Shown: in pieces, positions 1 to 13,145 of the stretch
How the letters are laid out: each line of letters opens with the position of its first letter
How positions within the stretch are numbered: the first letter of the stretch is position 1
Assembly: GCA_051294375.1 (NCBI GenBank)
Contig: CM119268.1
Coordinates: 23,389,502-23,453,501 of the forward strand
DNA: 64,000 nt
Origin: Paraspadella gotoi
Taxonomy: Eukaryota > Animalia > Chaetognatha
Direction of reading: 5' to 3'
Notes under the pieces: model-generated
Told to the model about the DNA's origin: nothing
Database searches by the model: none
The model's input: only the letters and a program-made list of their open reading frames with translations
Program-made: the position numbers and the translations under genes

Positions 1-1365
1 AAATGATTACAATGATTATTACCCTACCTGCCTGTGTAGCAAACAGACTTGCCTTAATGAAACAAGACGTGAACATTATTTAAATCCACTTTACAATTTG
101 AGTGAAAAAACACAACCTTCTCTGTTCTATAACACAAACAATTAGTTTTAATTCAATGTCAACATCTGTTGATTGTCATCCTTTTATCACGATACTGATG
201 TCATCTGCGACAGCTCTCGACTCGATCATCAACTTTATTTGATTTATTTTACTGCATTTTCTTAATTCTGGATCAACGGCATCATTAGATTATACTTATG
301 AATCTTTATCAGCTCGTTTTCTTAAAATCATTCACCCCTTAATATGAGCTGCAACCAACATTCTTCTTGCACAACTCGCAGATTCCCAAGAATACTACTT
401 TCCTTTCAACAAAAGACTATCCAATTTTGAACAGTTTAAGTACTTCATTCCATTTGGTTCCTAATTCAGATCAATTAAAAGTGAACTGCCTTTCATATTT
501 CTCTCCAGCAATCGTCAAACTGTATTTAAATCCCCTACAATCACAACTCCTATTAATATGAATATAAATTACAGACAACACTAAATTTTGTGACACAACC
601 ACTCCTATGGAATATGAATTACAGACGAACATTCTTTTGAATATGACATATGTTGAATTATAAATATCAATATGCACACCAGCACTCCAACAATTATGTT
701 CAAAAAGTTTTTAAACTTCAATTGATTCACCAACATTTCTATTATGAAGTGTCACACACTCAAATCAATCACCAAAAAATAGTTTAGCTTCACCCTCACC
801 TTCTCTTTCTTCTTCATCCTCACCTTCCTGTATAAACTGCTGGTTTTATTGGAAGAAAGAGATACAGTAGTCGCTTGGACCAAAGCCCGGACCCATTGTG
901 CGAAGCGCGTGGCGCTTTATTAAATCTCACTGAAGGTCACAGCTATCCCAAGCCTGATTTATCCATGTGGGTTGAATTCACTCAATGGCTATTGGATTGC
1001 GGCAAAAGAAAATCTTGGAGAATTACGGTTAGTAGACGAAGAAAAAATTTTCAGAAAAAAAATTAGTAAAATTGAAATTAATCTTGGATACATGAACTAA
1101 GTAGGTTTTACTTAGGTTATATTATCAACTTGTTTATCAATATTTTTTATCATATTCGTTTATCAATCATGCTGCTACAAAATAAGTCAGACTTTATCTT
1201 CCAGTTTCGGAATGGATCATTAATGGCACTTTCCCATTGAAATCATCAATGATATAAATGAATCTAAAGCAGCGATTGTTCTCCTTTATCAGGAATAAAG
1301 AAGTTGGAGTTGATCGACTGCGCTCAGGACATGGTTACATTTGTCAGAAATGGATTGATAAGTAA
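1..1365 (+). pseudogene. Frameshifted copy 1 of the Ser/Thr-rich C-type lectin gene (probably uncorrected long-read sequence)
   Basis: Colinear with 3745-4721 and 7775-9220 but full of 1-nt indels; same CINCWFYW, HC, YWIAG and GYICQKW segments. Confidence 0.7.
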
Positions 1366-1703
1366 CCGTTCTCTGCAGAGAAAAACACAAACACTGACAA
1401 TAATCAGGGCTAAAGACTCTAAAAAAGGCACGATTGTAAATGATCTTCTAACAAGTGTGAAAAAAACTTTAATATTTTTATTTCATTTATATAACTATCG
1501 TTACCAAATTGTACATTACAGCTTAAAACATTATTTGCATAAATTGTAGTGTTGTTCCAAATCTCCTTAGAAAAATCAACAGGTCATGTCTGCTTTTCAT
1601 TTTGAAGATTTGTGTTTGCATTGGAATGCTCTGTGCCTGACAGGCTGGAGCAATAGTTGCAACTGTGCTCCACTTAAAATTTAGATGATAAGGCCTGGAA
1701 AAA

Positions 1704-2539
1704 AACAAGTTTGACGCCAATACAATGTCGGATCCTGCGCCACGATCATTATTGGTTTAATTAATATAATTAATTAATAACTTAATTAATCCAAGTTAAA
1801 TTAATTATTTTTTTAATTAATAATTTATTTATTACAAGGTTAATTATTTATAATTAGTGCAATTAATTATAATTTGTCTAAATGTTCTGTTTTTTATTGA
1901 TTAATTGAGCTGATTAATTAATTATTGATTTAATTAATTGATCTAATTGATTAAATTAACTGATTTATTATTTGATTAATTAAATACATCTTGCATTTAC
2001 ATTAAAAAAAGTAAGCATAATCAATTAGTGAAACAGGCTTACTTTGTTTTTTTTCCATTTAACTCTTTTCTACTCAAATGCATTCCATCGAAAACTTTGA
2101 TTTCCAGTTTAGCATCACACTTTTCTTACTCAAAATACAAAATTTCAAGTCAATCGCCCTATCCACTAATGCAGTAATGTGGTGTTCAAATAGTGAAACT
2201 TCTTTTTTTTCATTTAACTATTTCCATTTGCCGACGATTTTCCATCGAAACTTCATATCCAGCCCAATCACACACTTCCCTACTCCGCACACAAACTTTC
2301 ATTTAATCCATCAATCCCAATCACGAGTACATTTGGTGTTTTTTTGCTAAGGTGGACGGACCAGGTACGGAACGAGACAGAACATACAGGATTTTTTTTG
2401 GCATCATCCTTCATAATCGATGTTTTGACATGATCAATAAGTGCAGCCCCCCTGCCCGAACAAGATTGAGGGTGTCGATCCGACGGACCGAACAAAGTGA
2501 ATTATAGAGTTGGATCTGTGATAAGCAGATCTCATAAAA
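1704..2539 (-). mobile_element. HINE/DINE-1-like non-autonomous Helentron family A (degenerate copy)
   Basis: Same termini and ~120-bp internal repeats as 21424-22461, reverse orientation, indel-rich. Confidence 0.7.
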
Positions 2540-2689
2540 CTTGAACTTGACAACTTTAATATCCCTAATGATCGTTATGACAACTCAGTATCATAGTCAT
2601 AAACGAGACTTTTCGAGATGTACTTACCTTTATTCCTCATTCACCTATTATATCTATATAAGTTCTTCAGCCACTGGACAGGACCTGGT

Positions 2690-3450
2690 CCTTTTCTATA
2701 GGCTTCTATCCTTTCTCACATCCTCTATCCTTCTCTGACCATTCGTCCTATTTTTTAGAGGCGGTCCTTTCTCAATTGGTCCTTTCTCAATCCTTTGCTT
2801 CTCTCTGACCATGGTCCTTTTTCTAGAGTCCTTTCTCATGCGTCCTTCTCATCACCTTCTTCTGTGACCATTGTCTCTTTTCTAGAGGGTCCTTCTTTGG
2901 TCCTTCTCAATCCTTTCTTTTCTGACCAAGGGTCCTTCTCGTCTGGTTCTTTCTTCAATCCTTTCTTTTCTGACACATAGGTCCTTTCAATCCTTTCAAC
3001 CCCTGACCATTCAATCTTTTCTCAATTGGTCCTTTTCTTCAATCCTTCTCTTCTCTGACCAGGGTCTTGCTCCATTGTCCTTCTCTGACATGTCTTGTCG
3101 ATGGTCCTTTCTTCAATCCTCTTCTCTTTGACATTGCGTCCTTTCTCATTTGGTCCTTCTCAATCTTTTCTTCTCTGACCATTGATTGCCCAATCTTTCT
3201 CTGCGAATTGTCTTTTACTAGCTCCTTTTTCTCAATCCTTTTTCTCTGACCATTGGTTCCTTTCTCAATTGTCCTTTTCTCACCTTTCTTCTCTGACCAT
3301 TTGGTCTTTCTTCAATTGCGTCCTTCTCACCCTTTCTTCTCTGACCATGGCTCCTTTCTCAATTTGGTCTTTCCTTTTCCTCTGACCATTGGCCCTTGTC
3401 CTTTCTCATCCCTTTTCTCTCTGACCGATCGGTCTTTTTCTCCATTTTTG
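2690..3450 (-). repeat. Indel-rich copy of the 48/15-bp EKGP coding minisatellite
   Basis: Same tctgaccattggtcctttctcaat units as 5978-6796. Confidence 0.8.
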
Positions 3451-3815
3451 AATCATCTTCTACAATTGATCGAAGGAAGCAAGCCTCCAACAGAAATTTT
3501 CTTTCCTCTGTTGTTTTCCTTGAGAAAAAAAATTTAATTATCATTATCGTCATTGCGTTTTGATAGTATGGATAAGACAGATATTCTGGCGGGTCTACCA
3601 TAGAATAAAATTAGCAATTGTTACCCAGTACCAGACAAGTCCCGGGTCAGTAGGAAGGGCGAGAAGAACTACTGCATCATCTTTAGTGAAATGAACAACT
3701 CGTATTTTATTCAATGTGATTAAAACGCATTAATCTCTCTCTATTTTCCCAAGAATTTACTACTTCCTTTCAACAAAAGACTACCAATTTTGAACAGTTT
3801 AGTACTTCATTCCAT

Positions 3816-4721
3816 TTGGTTCCTAATTCAGATCAATTAAAAGTAACTGCCCTTTCATATTTCTCTCCAGCAATCGTCAAACTGATTAAATCCCCTACAA
3901 TCACAACTCCTATTGAATATGAATATAAATTACAGACAACACTAAATTTTGTGAAAACCACTCCTACGGAATATGAATTACAGACGACACATTCTTTTGA
4001 ATATGAATATGTTGAATATAAATATCAATATGACACCAGCACTCCAACAATTATGTTCAAAAAGTTTTTAACTTCAATTGATTCACCAACATTTTATTAT
4101 GAAGTGATCACCACTCAAATCGAATCACCAAAAAATAGTTTAGCTTCACCCTCACCTTCTCTTTCTTCTTCATCCTCACCTTCCTGTATAAACTGCTGGT
4201 TTTATTGGAAAGAAGATACAGTAGTCGCTTGGACCAAAGCCCGGACCCATTGTGCCGAAGCCGGTGGCGCTTTATTAAATCTCACTGAAGGTCACAGCTA
4301 TCCAAGCCTGATTTATCCATTGGGGTTGAATTCAGCTAATGGCTATTGGATTGCGGGAAAAAGAAAAAATCTTGGAGAATTAAGTTAGTGAGAGAGAAAA
4401 AATTTTCAGAAAAAAAATTAGTAAAATGAAATTAATCTTGGATACATGAATAAGTAGGTTTTACTTAGGTTATATTAATCAACTTGTTTATCAATATTGT
4501 TTATCAATCAATATTGTTTATCAATCATGCTGCTACAAATAAGTCAACTTTATCTTCCAGTTTCGGAATGGATCATTAATGGCACTTCCCATGAAATCAT
4601 CAAATTGGATATAAATGAATCTAAAGCAGGCGATTGTCTCTTTATCAGGAATAAAGAAGTTGGAGTTGATGACTGCGCTCAAGGACATGGTTACATTTGT
4701 CAGAAATGGATTGATAAGTAA
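3816..4721 (+). CDS. Mucin-like Ser/Thr-rich protein with C-terminal C-type lectin-like domain (3' part; exons <=3816-4383 and 4561-4721)
   Basis: CINCWFYWKEDTVVAWTKARTHCAEAGGALLNL...YWIAG joins through a phase-1 GTTAGT...TTCCAG intron (4384-4560) to SEWIING...GDCLFIRNKEVGVDDCAQGHGYICQKWIDK*. This gives the typical CTLD Cys/Trp pattern. Confidence 0.85.
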
Positions 4722-5044
4722 CCGTCTCTGCAGAGAAAAACACAAACATTGACAATAATCAGGGCTAAAGACTCTAAAAAGGAGATTTAAATGATTTCTT
4801 AACAAGTTGTGAAAAAACTTTAATATTTTTATTTCATTTATATGAATATAGTTACCAAAATTGTACATACAGCTTAAAAACATTATTTGCATAAATTAGT
4901 GTTGTTCAAATCTCCCTTAGAAAATCAAAGTTCATGTTGTTTTATCATTTGAAGATTTGTGTTGCATTGGAATGCTTCTGTCCTGACAGGATGGAGCAAT
5001 GTTGCAAACTTGTCCACTTGAAATTTAGTGATAAGGCTGAAAAA

Positions 5045-5875
5045 AACAAGTTTGAGCAAACAATGTCGGATCTGCCCATGATCATTATCGGTAATTAATA
5101 ATTAATTAATTAATAATTAATTAATCCAAGTTAATTAATTATTTTTTTAATTAATAATTTATTTATTCAAGTTACATTTATTTAATTATATTATGGCAAT
5201 TAATTAATTAATTGTCCTAAATGTTTGTTTTTAATCTGATTAATGACTGTTTAATTAATTATTGATTTATTAATTGATCTAATGATTAATTACTGCATTA
5301 ATTATTTGATTAATTAAATACATCTTTGCATTTACATTTAAAAAAATAAGCATAATCAATTAGTGAAACAGGCTTACTTGTTGTTTTTCCATTTAAACTC
5401 ATTTCTACTCAAATTGCATTCCATTCGAAAACTTGATTTCCGTTTAATACACCACACTTTTCTAACTCAAAATACAAAATTTCAAGTCAATCGCCCTATT
5501 CCACTTACATGAGTTAATTGGTGTTCACAATAGTGAAATCTTTTTTTTATTTCATTTAAACTCATTTCCACTGGACGAATTTTCATCGAAACTTCATATT
5601 CCAGCCTCAATCACACACTTCCCTACTCCGCACACAAACTTTCATTCTAATCCATCCATCCAATCACGAGTAATTTGTGTTTTTTTTGCTAAGGCTGGCG
5701 ACGTACGGACACGGACTACAACAGACATATTTTTTGCCATTACACTTTTCATTAATTCGATGTTTTGACATGATCATAAGTGCAGTGCACCCAACAATAA
5801 TTGAGGGGTGCGTGCCGACGGACCGACGAAGTGAAATTATAGAGTGATCTGCTGATAAGCAGATCCGACTAAAAA
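5045..5875 (-). mobile_element. HINE/DINE-1-like non-autonomous Helentron family A
   Basis: Ends aacaagtttgagcaaacaatgtcggatctgc ... gatctgctgataagcagatccgactaaaaa. Confidence 0.8.
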
Positions 5876-5977
5876 CTTGAAACTTTTCAATTATTCCTAA
5901 TGATCGTTATGACAACTCAGATCAATAGTCAAAACGAGATTTTCGAGATGAGCTTACCTTTTATTCCTCATTCACCA

Positions 5978-6796
5978 TTATATCAGATTAAGTCTTTCGC
6001 CACTGACAACCGGTCCTTTTTCTATAGGTCCTTTCTCAATCCTTTCTTTTCTGACCATGGGTTTTTTCTCGTTTGGTCCTTTCTCAATCCTTTCTTCTCT
6101 GACCATTGGTCCTATTTTTAGAGGTCCTTTCTCAATTGGTCCTTTCTCAATCCTTTCTTCTCTGACCATTGGTCCTTTTTCTAGAGGTCCTTTCTCAATT
6201 GGTCCTTTCTCAATCCTTTCTTCTCTGACCATTGGTCCTTTTTCTAGAGGTCCTTTCTCAATTGGTCCTTTCTCAATCCTTTCTTTTCTGACCATGGGTC
6301 CTTTCTCGATTGGTCCTTTCTCAATCCTTTCTTTTCTGACCATAGGTCCTTTCTCAATCCTTTCACCCCTGACCATCAATCTTTTCTCAATTGGTCCTTT
6401 TTCAATCCTTTCTTCTCTGACCATTGGTCCTTTTTCGATTGGTCCTTTCTCAATCCTTTCTTCTCTGACCATTGGTCCTTTCTCATTTGGTCCTTTCTCA
6501 ATCTTTTCTTCTCTGACCATTGGTCCTTTCTCAATTGGTCCTTTCTCAATCCTTTCTTCTCTGACCATTGGTCCTTTCTCAACTAGTCCTTTCTCAATCC
6601 TTTCTTCTCTGACCATTGGTCCTTTCTCAATTGGTCCTTTCTCAACCCTTTCTTCTCTGACCATTGGTCCTTTCTCAATTGGTCCTTTCTCAACCCTTTC
6701 TTCTCTGACCATTGGTCCTTTCTCAATTGGTCCTTTCTCAATTGGTCCTTTCTCATCCCTTTCTTCTCTGACGATCGGTCTTTTCTCCATTTTTTT
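5978..6796 (-). CDS. Repeat-rich charged protein exon (EKGPIEKGPMVREERI)n
   Basis: About 270 open codons of 48-bp units varying by 15-bp modules, so the frame is always kept. Copies 1 and 3 show a unique upstream part (KTTEERKFLL..SIVEDDSKMEKRP) preceded by a tttttctcaag acceptor. Confidence 0.6.
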   Translation of the reverse strand, partial: KKMEKRPIVREERDEKGPIEKGPIEKGPMVREERVEKGPIEKGPMVREERVEKGPIEKGPMVREERIEKGLVEKGPMVREERIEKGPIEKGPMVREEKIEKGPNEKGPMVREERIEKGPIEKGPMVREERIEKGPIEKRLMVRGERIEKGPMVRKERIEKGPIEKGPMVRKERIEKGPIEKGPLEKGPMVREERIEKGPIEKGPLEKGPMVREERIEKGPIEKGPLKIGPMVREERIEKGPNEKKPMVRKERIEKGPIEKGPVVSGERLNLI

Positions 6797-6821
6797 NNNN
6801 NNNNNNNNNNNNNNNNNNNNN

Positions 6822-9220
6822 TGCTTACCATTCACAACAATTGAAGTGGCTGGCTTACCCAACAACAATTGAAACAGACGATGGAATTTAAAGTCACCTT
6901 TTCTACTCAGCAAACTTATTTATTCACGAGTTTCTATGTCCAACACATCGAATGTCCACACCCCACACACTCAAATGGACGTCGCCCACACTATCGAGTA
7001 TCCACAGACACAAATCAAGTGTCCATGCCCTCACCATACAGCGTCTAGACCGGACCAATCAAGTCGTCCACACTCACACGTCAAAAGTTCACAAACACCA
7101 CACATCGAGAATACACATCGACAGATTCTCACATCAGTCTCCAAGCCAGTTTAAGATTGACTTCAATCACTTCCTCTTGATCTTTCGAAAACATTTGACC
7201 ACTTTATTTTGAATACACAACCTTACAAAAGTGGACTTTTCCTTACAAACGCTGGACCCCAACTAACACTAATTTCATTAACCAACAGTTATGATGTGGG
7301 TCAAAGCGGTACTTAATCGACTGACAACTTTTCTTTTGAACCTTCTGTAACTTAAGTCAACTGCACCAAACATGCCCAATATTCTCCACCCCCATCATTG
7401 AGATTCAGCCATCAATGACACAAATTTCACCATAGCATTCCTCTTCCTTGACCTGCTCCCGGTTACAACATTTCTTGCATATACTTACCAACAACCTCTC
7501 ACTTTGAATCCACATTATAAAATCTTCTAATCTTGGAATCTATTCCCCTAAATTACACGAACATCAATTGAATTAATCACTTCTTTTGGATCCTACTCCA
7601 CTTCCTGGCGCTCCCATAGCCAACTGCTTCAACAAATAAAACAGTATGGAATCTGAGTAATCATAACTTTGGAAGAAATCTATCACATATTACAGGAAAG
7701 CCCAACTACTACAAACAAGGCACATACAACTTCTATTGATAAATAAATTTCAATGAATATGCATTATTACACATGAAGATATTATTACCCCTACTTGGTA
7801 GCAACAGCCTTCCTTAATGAAACAAGATAATCATATCTTAAATCCACTTCTACAATTTTGAGTGAAAAAACACAACCTTCTCGTGTTCTATAACCAAAAA
7901 CCAATTAGCTTTTAATTCATCATGTCAACATCTGTTATTTGCTCATCCTGTTTATCACGAATACTATCATCTGCGACAGCTCTCGACTTCCGGATTCTCA
8001 ACTTTATTTGATTTATTTTACTGCATTTTCTTCAATTCTGGATCAACGCCATCATTAGATATACTTATGAATCTTTTATCAGCTCGTTTTCTTAAAATCA
8101 CTTCACCCCTTAATTGACCGCTGCCACCAACTTCTTTTGCACAAACTCGCAGCATTCCCAAGAATTACTACTTTCCTTTCAACAAAAGACTACCAATTTT
8201 GAACAGTTTTTAAAGTTTAACTTCAATTTCCATTTTTTTTGGTTTTCTCCTAATTCAAGGATCAATTAAAAAGTAACTGCCTTTTCATATTTCCTCCAGC
8301 AATTCGTCAAACGTGTATTAAATTCCCCTACAATCACAAACTCCTATTTAATATGAAATATTAAATTACAACAACACTAAATTTTTTGTGACAACCCACT
8401 CCTATGGGAATATGGAATTACAGCACGACACATTCTTTTGAATATGACATATGCTTGAATATAAATATCAAATATGCACATCCAGCAACCTCCAACACAT
8501 TATGTTCAAAAAGTTTTTAAACTTTCAATTGCATTCACAATACATTTTATTATGACGTGATTCACCACTTCAAATCAACATCACCAAAACAATAGTTTAG
8601 CTCACCCTCACCTTCTCTTTCTTCTTTCATCCTCACCTTTCCTGTATAAACTGCTGCGTTTTATTGAGAAAAGAGATACAGTAGGTCGCCTTGACCACAA
8701 AGCCCGGACCCATTGTGCGAAGCGGTGCGCGCTTTAATTAAATCTTACTGCAAGGTTCATCAGCAATCCAAGCCTGAATTTATCCCATTGGGTTGAATTC
8801 AGCTAATGGCTATTGGATTGCGGCAAAAAAGAAAAATCTTCCGGAGAATTAACGTTAGTAGACGAAGAAAAAAATTTTCAGAAAAAAAAAAATTAGTAAA
8901 ACTTGAAATTAATCTTGGATACATGAATAAGTAGGTTTTTACTTAGGTTATATTAAATCAAACTTGTTTATCACATTGGTTTTATCAATCAATATTCGTT
9001 TATCAATCATTGCTGCTACAAAATAAGGTCAACTTTAATCTTCCAGTCTTTCTGGATATGGGATCATTAATGGCACTTTCCCATTGACAATCATCAATCT
9101 GATATAAATGAATCTAAAGCAGGCGATTGGTTCTCTTTATCGGAATAAAGAAGCTTTGGAGTTGATCGACTGCGCTCAAGGACATGGTTACATTTGTCAG
9201 AAATGGCATTGATCAAGTAA
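6822..9220 (+). pseudogene. Frameshifted copy 3 of the Ser/Thr-rich C-type lectin gene, with the longest upstream mucin-like exon
   Basis: About 2 kb of ACN/TCN-rich sequence leads into the CTLD exons; many single-base insertions relative to copy 2. Confidence 0.7.
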
Positions 9221-9568
9221 CCGTTCTCTGCAGAGAAAAAACACCAAACACTGACAATAACTCAGGGCCTAAAGCACTCTAAAATAGGCTAGATTTAAAT
9301 GCATTTCTTAACAAGTTGTTGGGAAAAAAACTTTATATTTTATTTCCATTTATATAATATACGTTACCCAAATTGCTACATTACAGCCTTTAAAAAACAT
9401 TATTTGCATAAATTTACGTGTTGTTCAAATCTCCCTAGAAAATCAACAGTTCATGTCTGTTTTATCATTGAAAGATTTGTGTTTGCATTGGAATGCTTCT
9501 AGTCCTGACAGGATGGAGCAATGTTGCAACACTTGCTCCACTTAAATTTAGTGATAAAGGCTGAAAAA

Positions 9569-10424
9569 AAACAAGTCTTGCACGCGCAAACAATGTCGGA
9601 TCTGCGCCACGATCATTATTATTAATTAATAATAATTTAATTAATAACTTAATTAATCCAAGTTAATTAATTATTTTTTTAATTAATAATTATTTATTCA
9701 AGGGTTAATTTATTTAATTAATTATGCAATTAATTAATTAATGGTCCTATAATGTTTGTTTTTATATCTGATTAATTGACTGATTAATTAATTATTGATT
9801 ATTAATTGATCTAATGATTAATTAACTGATTAATTATTTGATATAATTTAATACATCTTTGCATTTACCATTTAAAAAAATAAGCATAATCAATTACGTT
9901 GAAACAGGCTTACTTTTGTCTTTTTCCATTTTAAACTCATTTTCTTACTCAAATGCATTTCCATTCGAAAACTTGATTTCCGTTTAATCACACACTTTTC
10001 TAAACTCAAATACAAACATTTCAAGTCAATCGCCCTATTCCACTACATGCAGTTAATGTGGTGTTCACAACTAGTGAAGATCTTTTTTTTTATTTCATTT
10101 AAACTCATTTCCACTGCCGACGATTTTCATCGGAAACTTCATAATCCAGCTCAATCACACACTTCCCTACTCCTGCACACAAACTTTTCATTCTAATCCA
10201 TCCAATCCAATCACCGAGTACATTTGGCTTTTTTTTTGCTAAGGCTGCGACGTACGGAACGTACACAAGGACAATTTATTTTGCCTTACATTATTTCATA
10301 ATTCGATGTTTTGACATCGATCAATAAGTGAGTGACCCAACAAGTATTGAGGGGTGTCGATCCGACGGACGACAAGTGAAAATTATAGAGTTGGATCTGC
10401 TGATAAGCAGATCGTCACTAAAAA
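9569..10424 (-). mobile_element. HINE/DINE-1-like family A (degenerate copy)
   Basis: Same position in the tandem unit and same termini as 5045-5875. Confidence 0.7.
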
Positions 10425-10559
10425 CTTGACAACTTTCACATATTCCTAATGATCGTTATGAAACTATATCATAGTCATAAACTCGACGATTTTCGAGTAT
10501 GTAGTCTTACCCTTTATTCCTATTCACCATTATTATCGATATAAGTCTTTCAGCCCTGA

Positions 10560-11400
10560 CAACCGGTCCTTTTCTATAGCGTCCTTTCTCAATCCTTTCT
10601 TTCTGACCATGGTTTTTCGTTGGCCTTTCTCAATCCTTTTTCTTCTCTGACCATTGGCGTCCTATTTTTTAGAGGTGCTCTTTTCTCAGATGGTCCTTTC
10701 TCCAATTCCTTTGCTTCTCTTGACCCATTGCGTCCTTTTACTAGAGGTCCTTTCTCAATGGTCCTTCTTCATACCTATCTCTCCTGAGACCATTGCGTCC
10801 TTTTCTAGACAGGGTCCCTTTCCTCAATTTGGTCCTTTCTCAATCCTTTCTTTTCTGACCATGGTCGCTTCTCCATGGTTCTTTTCTCAATCCTTATCTT
10901 TTCTGACACATAGGTCCTTTCTTCAATCCTTTCACCCCCTGACCATCAATCTTTTCTCAATTGGTCCTTTTCTTCAATCCTTTCTTCTCTAGGGGGCCAC
11001 ACTTGGTCCTTTTTCGGATTGGTCCTTTCTTCAATCCTTTCTCTCTGACTCATTGCGTCCTTTCTCATTTCGGTCCTTATCTCAATCTTTTCTTCTCTGA
11101 CCATTTGGTCCTTTCTCAATTGGTCCTTTCTCAATCCTTTCTTCTCTCGACCATTGCGGATCCTTTCTCAACTAGCTCCTTTCTCAATCCTTTCTTCTCT
11201 GACCATTCGCGTCCTTTCTCCAATTGTCCTTTCTCAACCCTTTCTTCTCTCGCACCACTTTGCGTCCTTTCTTCAATTGGTCTTCTCAACCCTTTCTTCT
11301 TGCTGACCTATGCGCTCCTTTCTCAATTGCGCTCCTTTTCTCATTTGTCCTTTCTCATCCCTTTTCTCTCTTGCACCGATCGGTCTTTTCTCCATTTTTG
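10560..11400 (-). repeat. Indel-rich copy 3 of the EKGP minisatellite
   Basis: Same repeat units as 5978-6796. Confidence 0.8.
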
Positions 11401-11595
11401 AATCACTCTTCTACAATTGATTGATCGAAGAAGAAGCTCCAACAGAAATTTTCTTTCCTCCTGTTGTTTTTCCTTGAGAAAAAAATTTAATTATCATTAT
11501 CGTCATTGGTTTTGATAAGGTATGGATATTATAACAGATATTCTGGCGGGGTCTACATAGAATAAAATTAGCAAGTTGTTACCCAGTTACCACAA

Positions 11596-13145
11596 NNNNN
11601 NNNNNNNNNNNNNNNNNNNNNNNNNNNNNNNNNNNNNNNNNNNNNNNNNNNNNNNNNNNNNNNNNNNNNNNNNNNNNNNNNNNNNNNNNNNNNNNNNNNN
11701 NNNNNNNNNNNNNNNNNNNNNNNNNNNNNNNNNNNNNNNNNNNNNNNNNNNNNNNNNNNNNNNNNNNNNNNNNNNNNNNNNNNNNNNNNNNNNNNNNNNN
11801 NNNNNNNNNNNNNNNNNNNNNNNNNNNNNNNNNNNNNNNNATCTTAATTAGCCACCTTACTGGGCCATAAGTCTACAACTCGGTCTGCATAACCTCACTA
11901 AAGCTGAAAGGCTTATGAAAGTGAAACTCCGCTACATATTTTAAAATACTTACTCTTTTAAAGAAAGTCGCCTCCAAACTCATTGTCATCAAAGTGATTA
12001 TGANNNNNNNNNNNNNNNNNNNNNNNNNNNNNNNNNNNNNNNNNNNNNNNNNNNNNNNNNNNNNNNNNNNNNNNNNNNNNNNNNNNNNNNNNNNNNNNNN
12101 NNNNNNNNNNNNNNNNNNNNNNNNNNNNNNNNNNNNNNNNNNNNNNNNNNNNNNNNNNNNNNNNNNNNNNNNNNNNNNNNNNNNNNNNNNNNNNNNNNNA
12201 AATAAATACTAGTAGCCCCACCTGTTATTTATTGTGCGCACGGTAAGTTTTTTTTCTTTTTATTTCGATAGACTTTGATCAGTCGTTAAAAAGTTAAAAA
12301 GTTCCGTACTCTTGATTGAAATGAAAGCAAAAAGAATCAAGGCTNNNNNNNNNNNNNNNNNNNNNNNNNNNNNNNNNNNNNNNNNNNNNNNNNNNNNNNN
12401 NNNNNNNNNNNNNNNNNNNNNNNNNNNNNNNNNNNNNNNNNNNNNNNNNNNNNNNNNNNNNNNNNNNNNNNNNNNNNNNNNNNNNNNNNNNNNNNNNNNN
12501 NNNNNNNNNNNNNNNNNNNNNNNNNNNNNNNNNNNNNNNNNNNNNNNNNNNNNNNNNNNNNNNNNNNNNNNNNNNNNNNNNNNNNNNNNNNNNNNNNNNN
12601 NNNNNNNNNNNNNNNNNNNNNNNNNNNNNNNNNNNNNNNNNNNNNNNNNNNNNNNNNNNNNNNNNNNNNNNNNNNNNNNNNNNNNNNNNNNNNNNNNNNN
12701 NNNNNNNNNNNNNNNNNNNNNNNNNNNNNNNNNNNNNNNNNNNNNNNNNNNNNNNNNNNNNNNNNNNNNNNNNNNNNNNNNNNNNNNNNNNNNNNAATGT
12801 CGGGGCAGTATCTAAAATCTGAAAGATTTTTACAGATTGACAAACGGAAAGTCAGGAAACTAACAAGAAAGAAGAGAGAGGAAAGGTTTAGAGAGAGAGA
12901 CCTGTGGTAAGTCGCCTCTATATATGTAGGATTCGACCCAGGATTCTTCGCCTTTGAAGCTGAGGGAGATGGGCGAATCGCCAATTGATATTATAAATAA
13001 CCTTAACTTAAAATTAATATACAAATTGATAATAAACGATTTTACTAAATCAAAATAAAAAGAGTTATCTCCCGGAGATATTCATTCACTAACAGAGACT
13101 TAGTGCTTCACACCACAACGNNNNNNNNNNNNNNNNNNNNNNNNN
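11596..13145. other. Assembly-gap cluster (four N runs with short contig islands)
   Basis: N runs at 11596-11840, 12004-12199, 12345-12796 and 13121-13145. Confidence 0.95.
12870..12985 (-). mobile_element. Fragment of a SINE-like family (gaggcgacttaccac...ctctctaaacc core) with a B-box-like GGTCGAATCC upstream
   Basis: Matches 52543-52590 and the reverse complement of 54445-54490. Confidence 0.5.

Noticed and set aside
11576-12984. ORFs spanning N runs (also near 33000-33560 and 43750-44240)
   Set aside because: Artefacts of assembly gaps.
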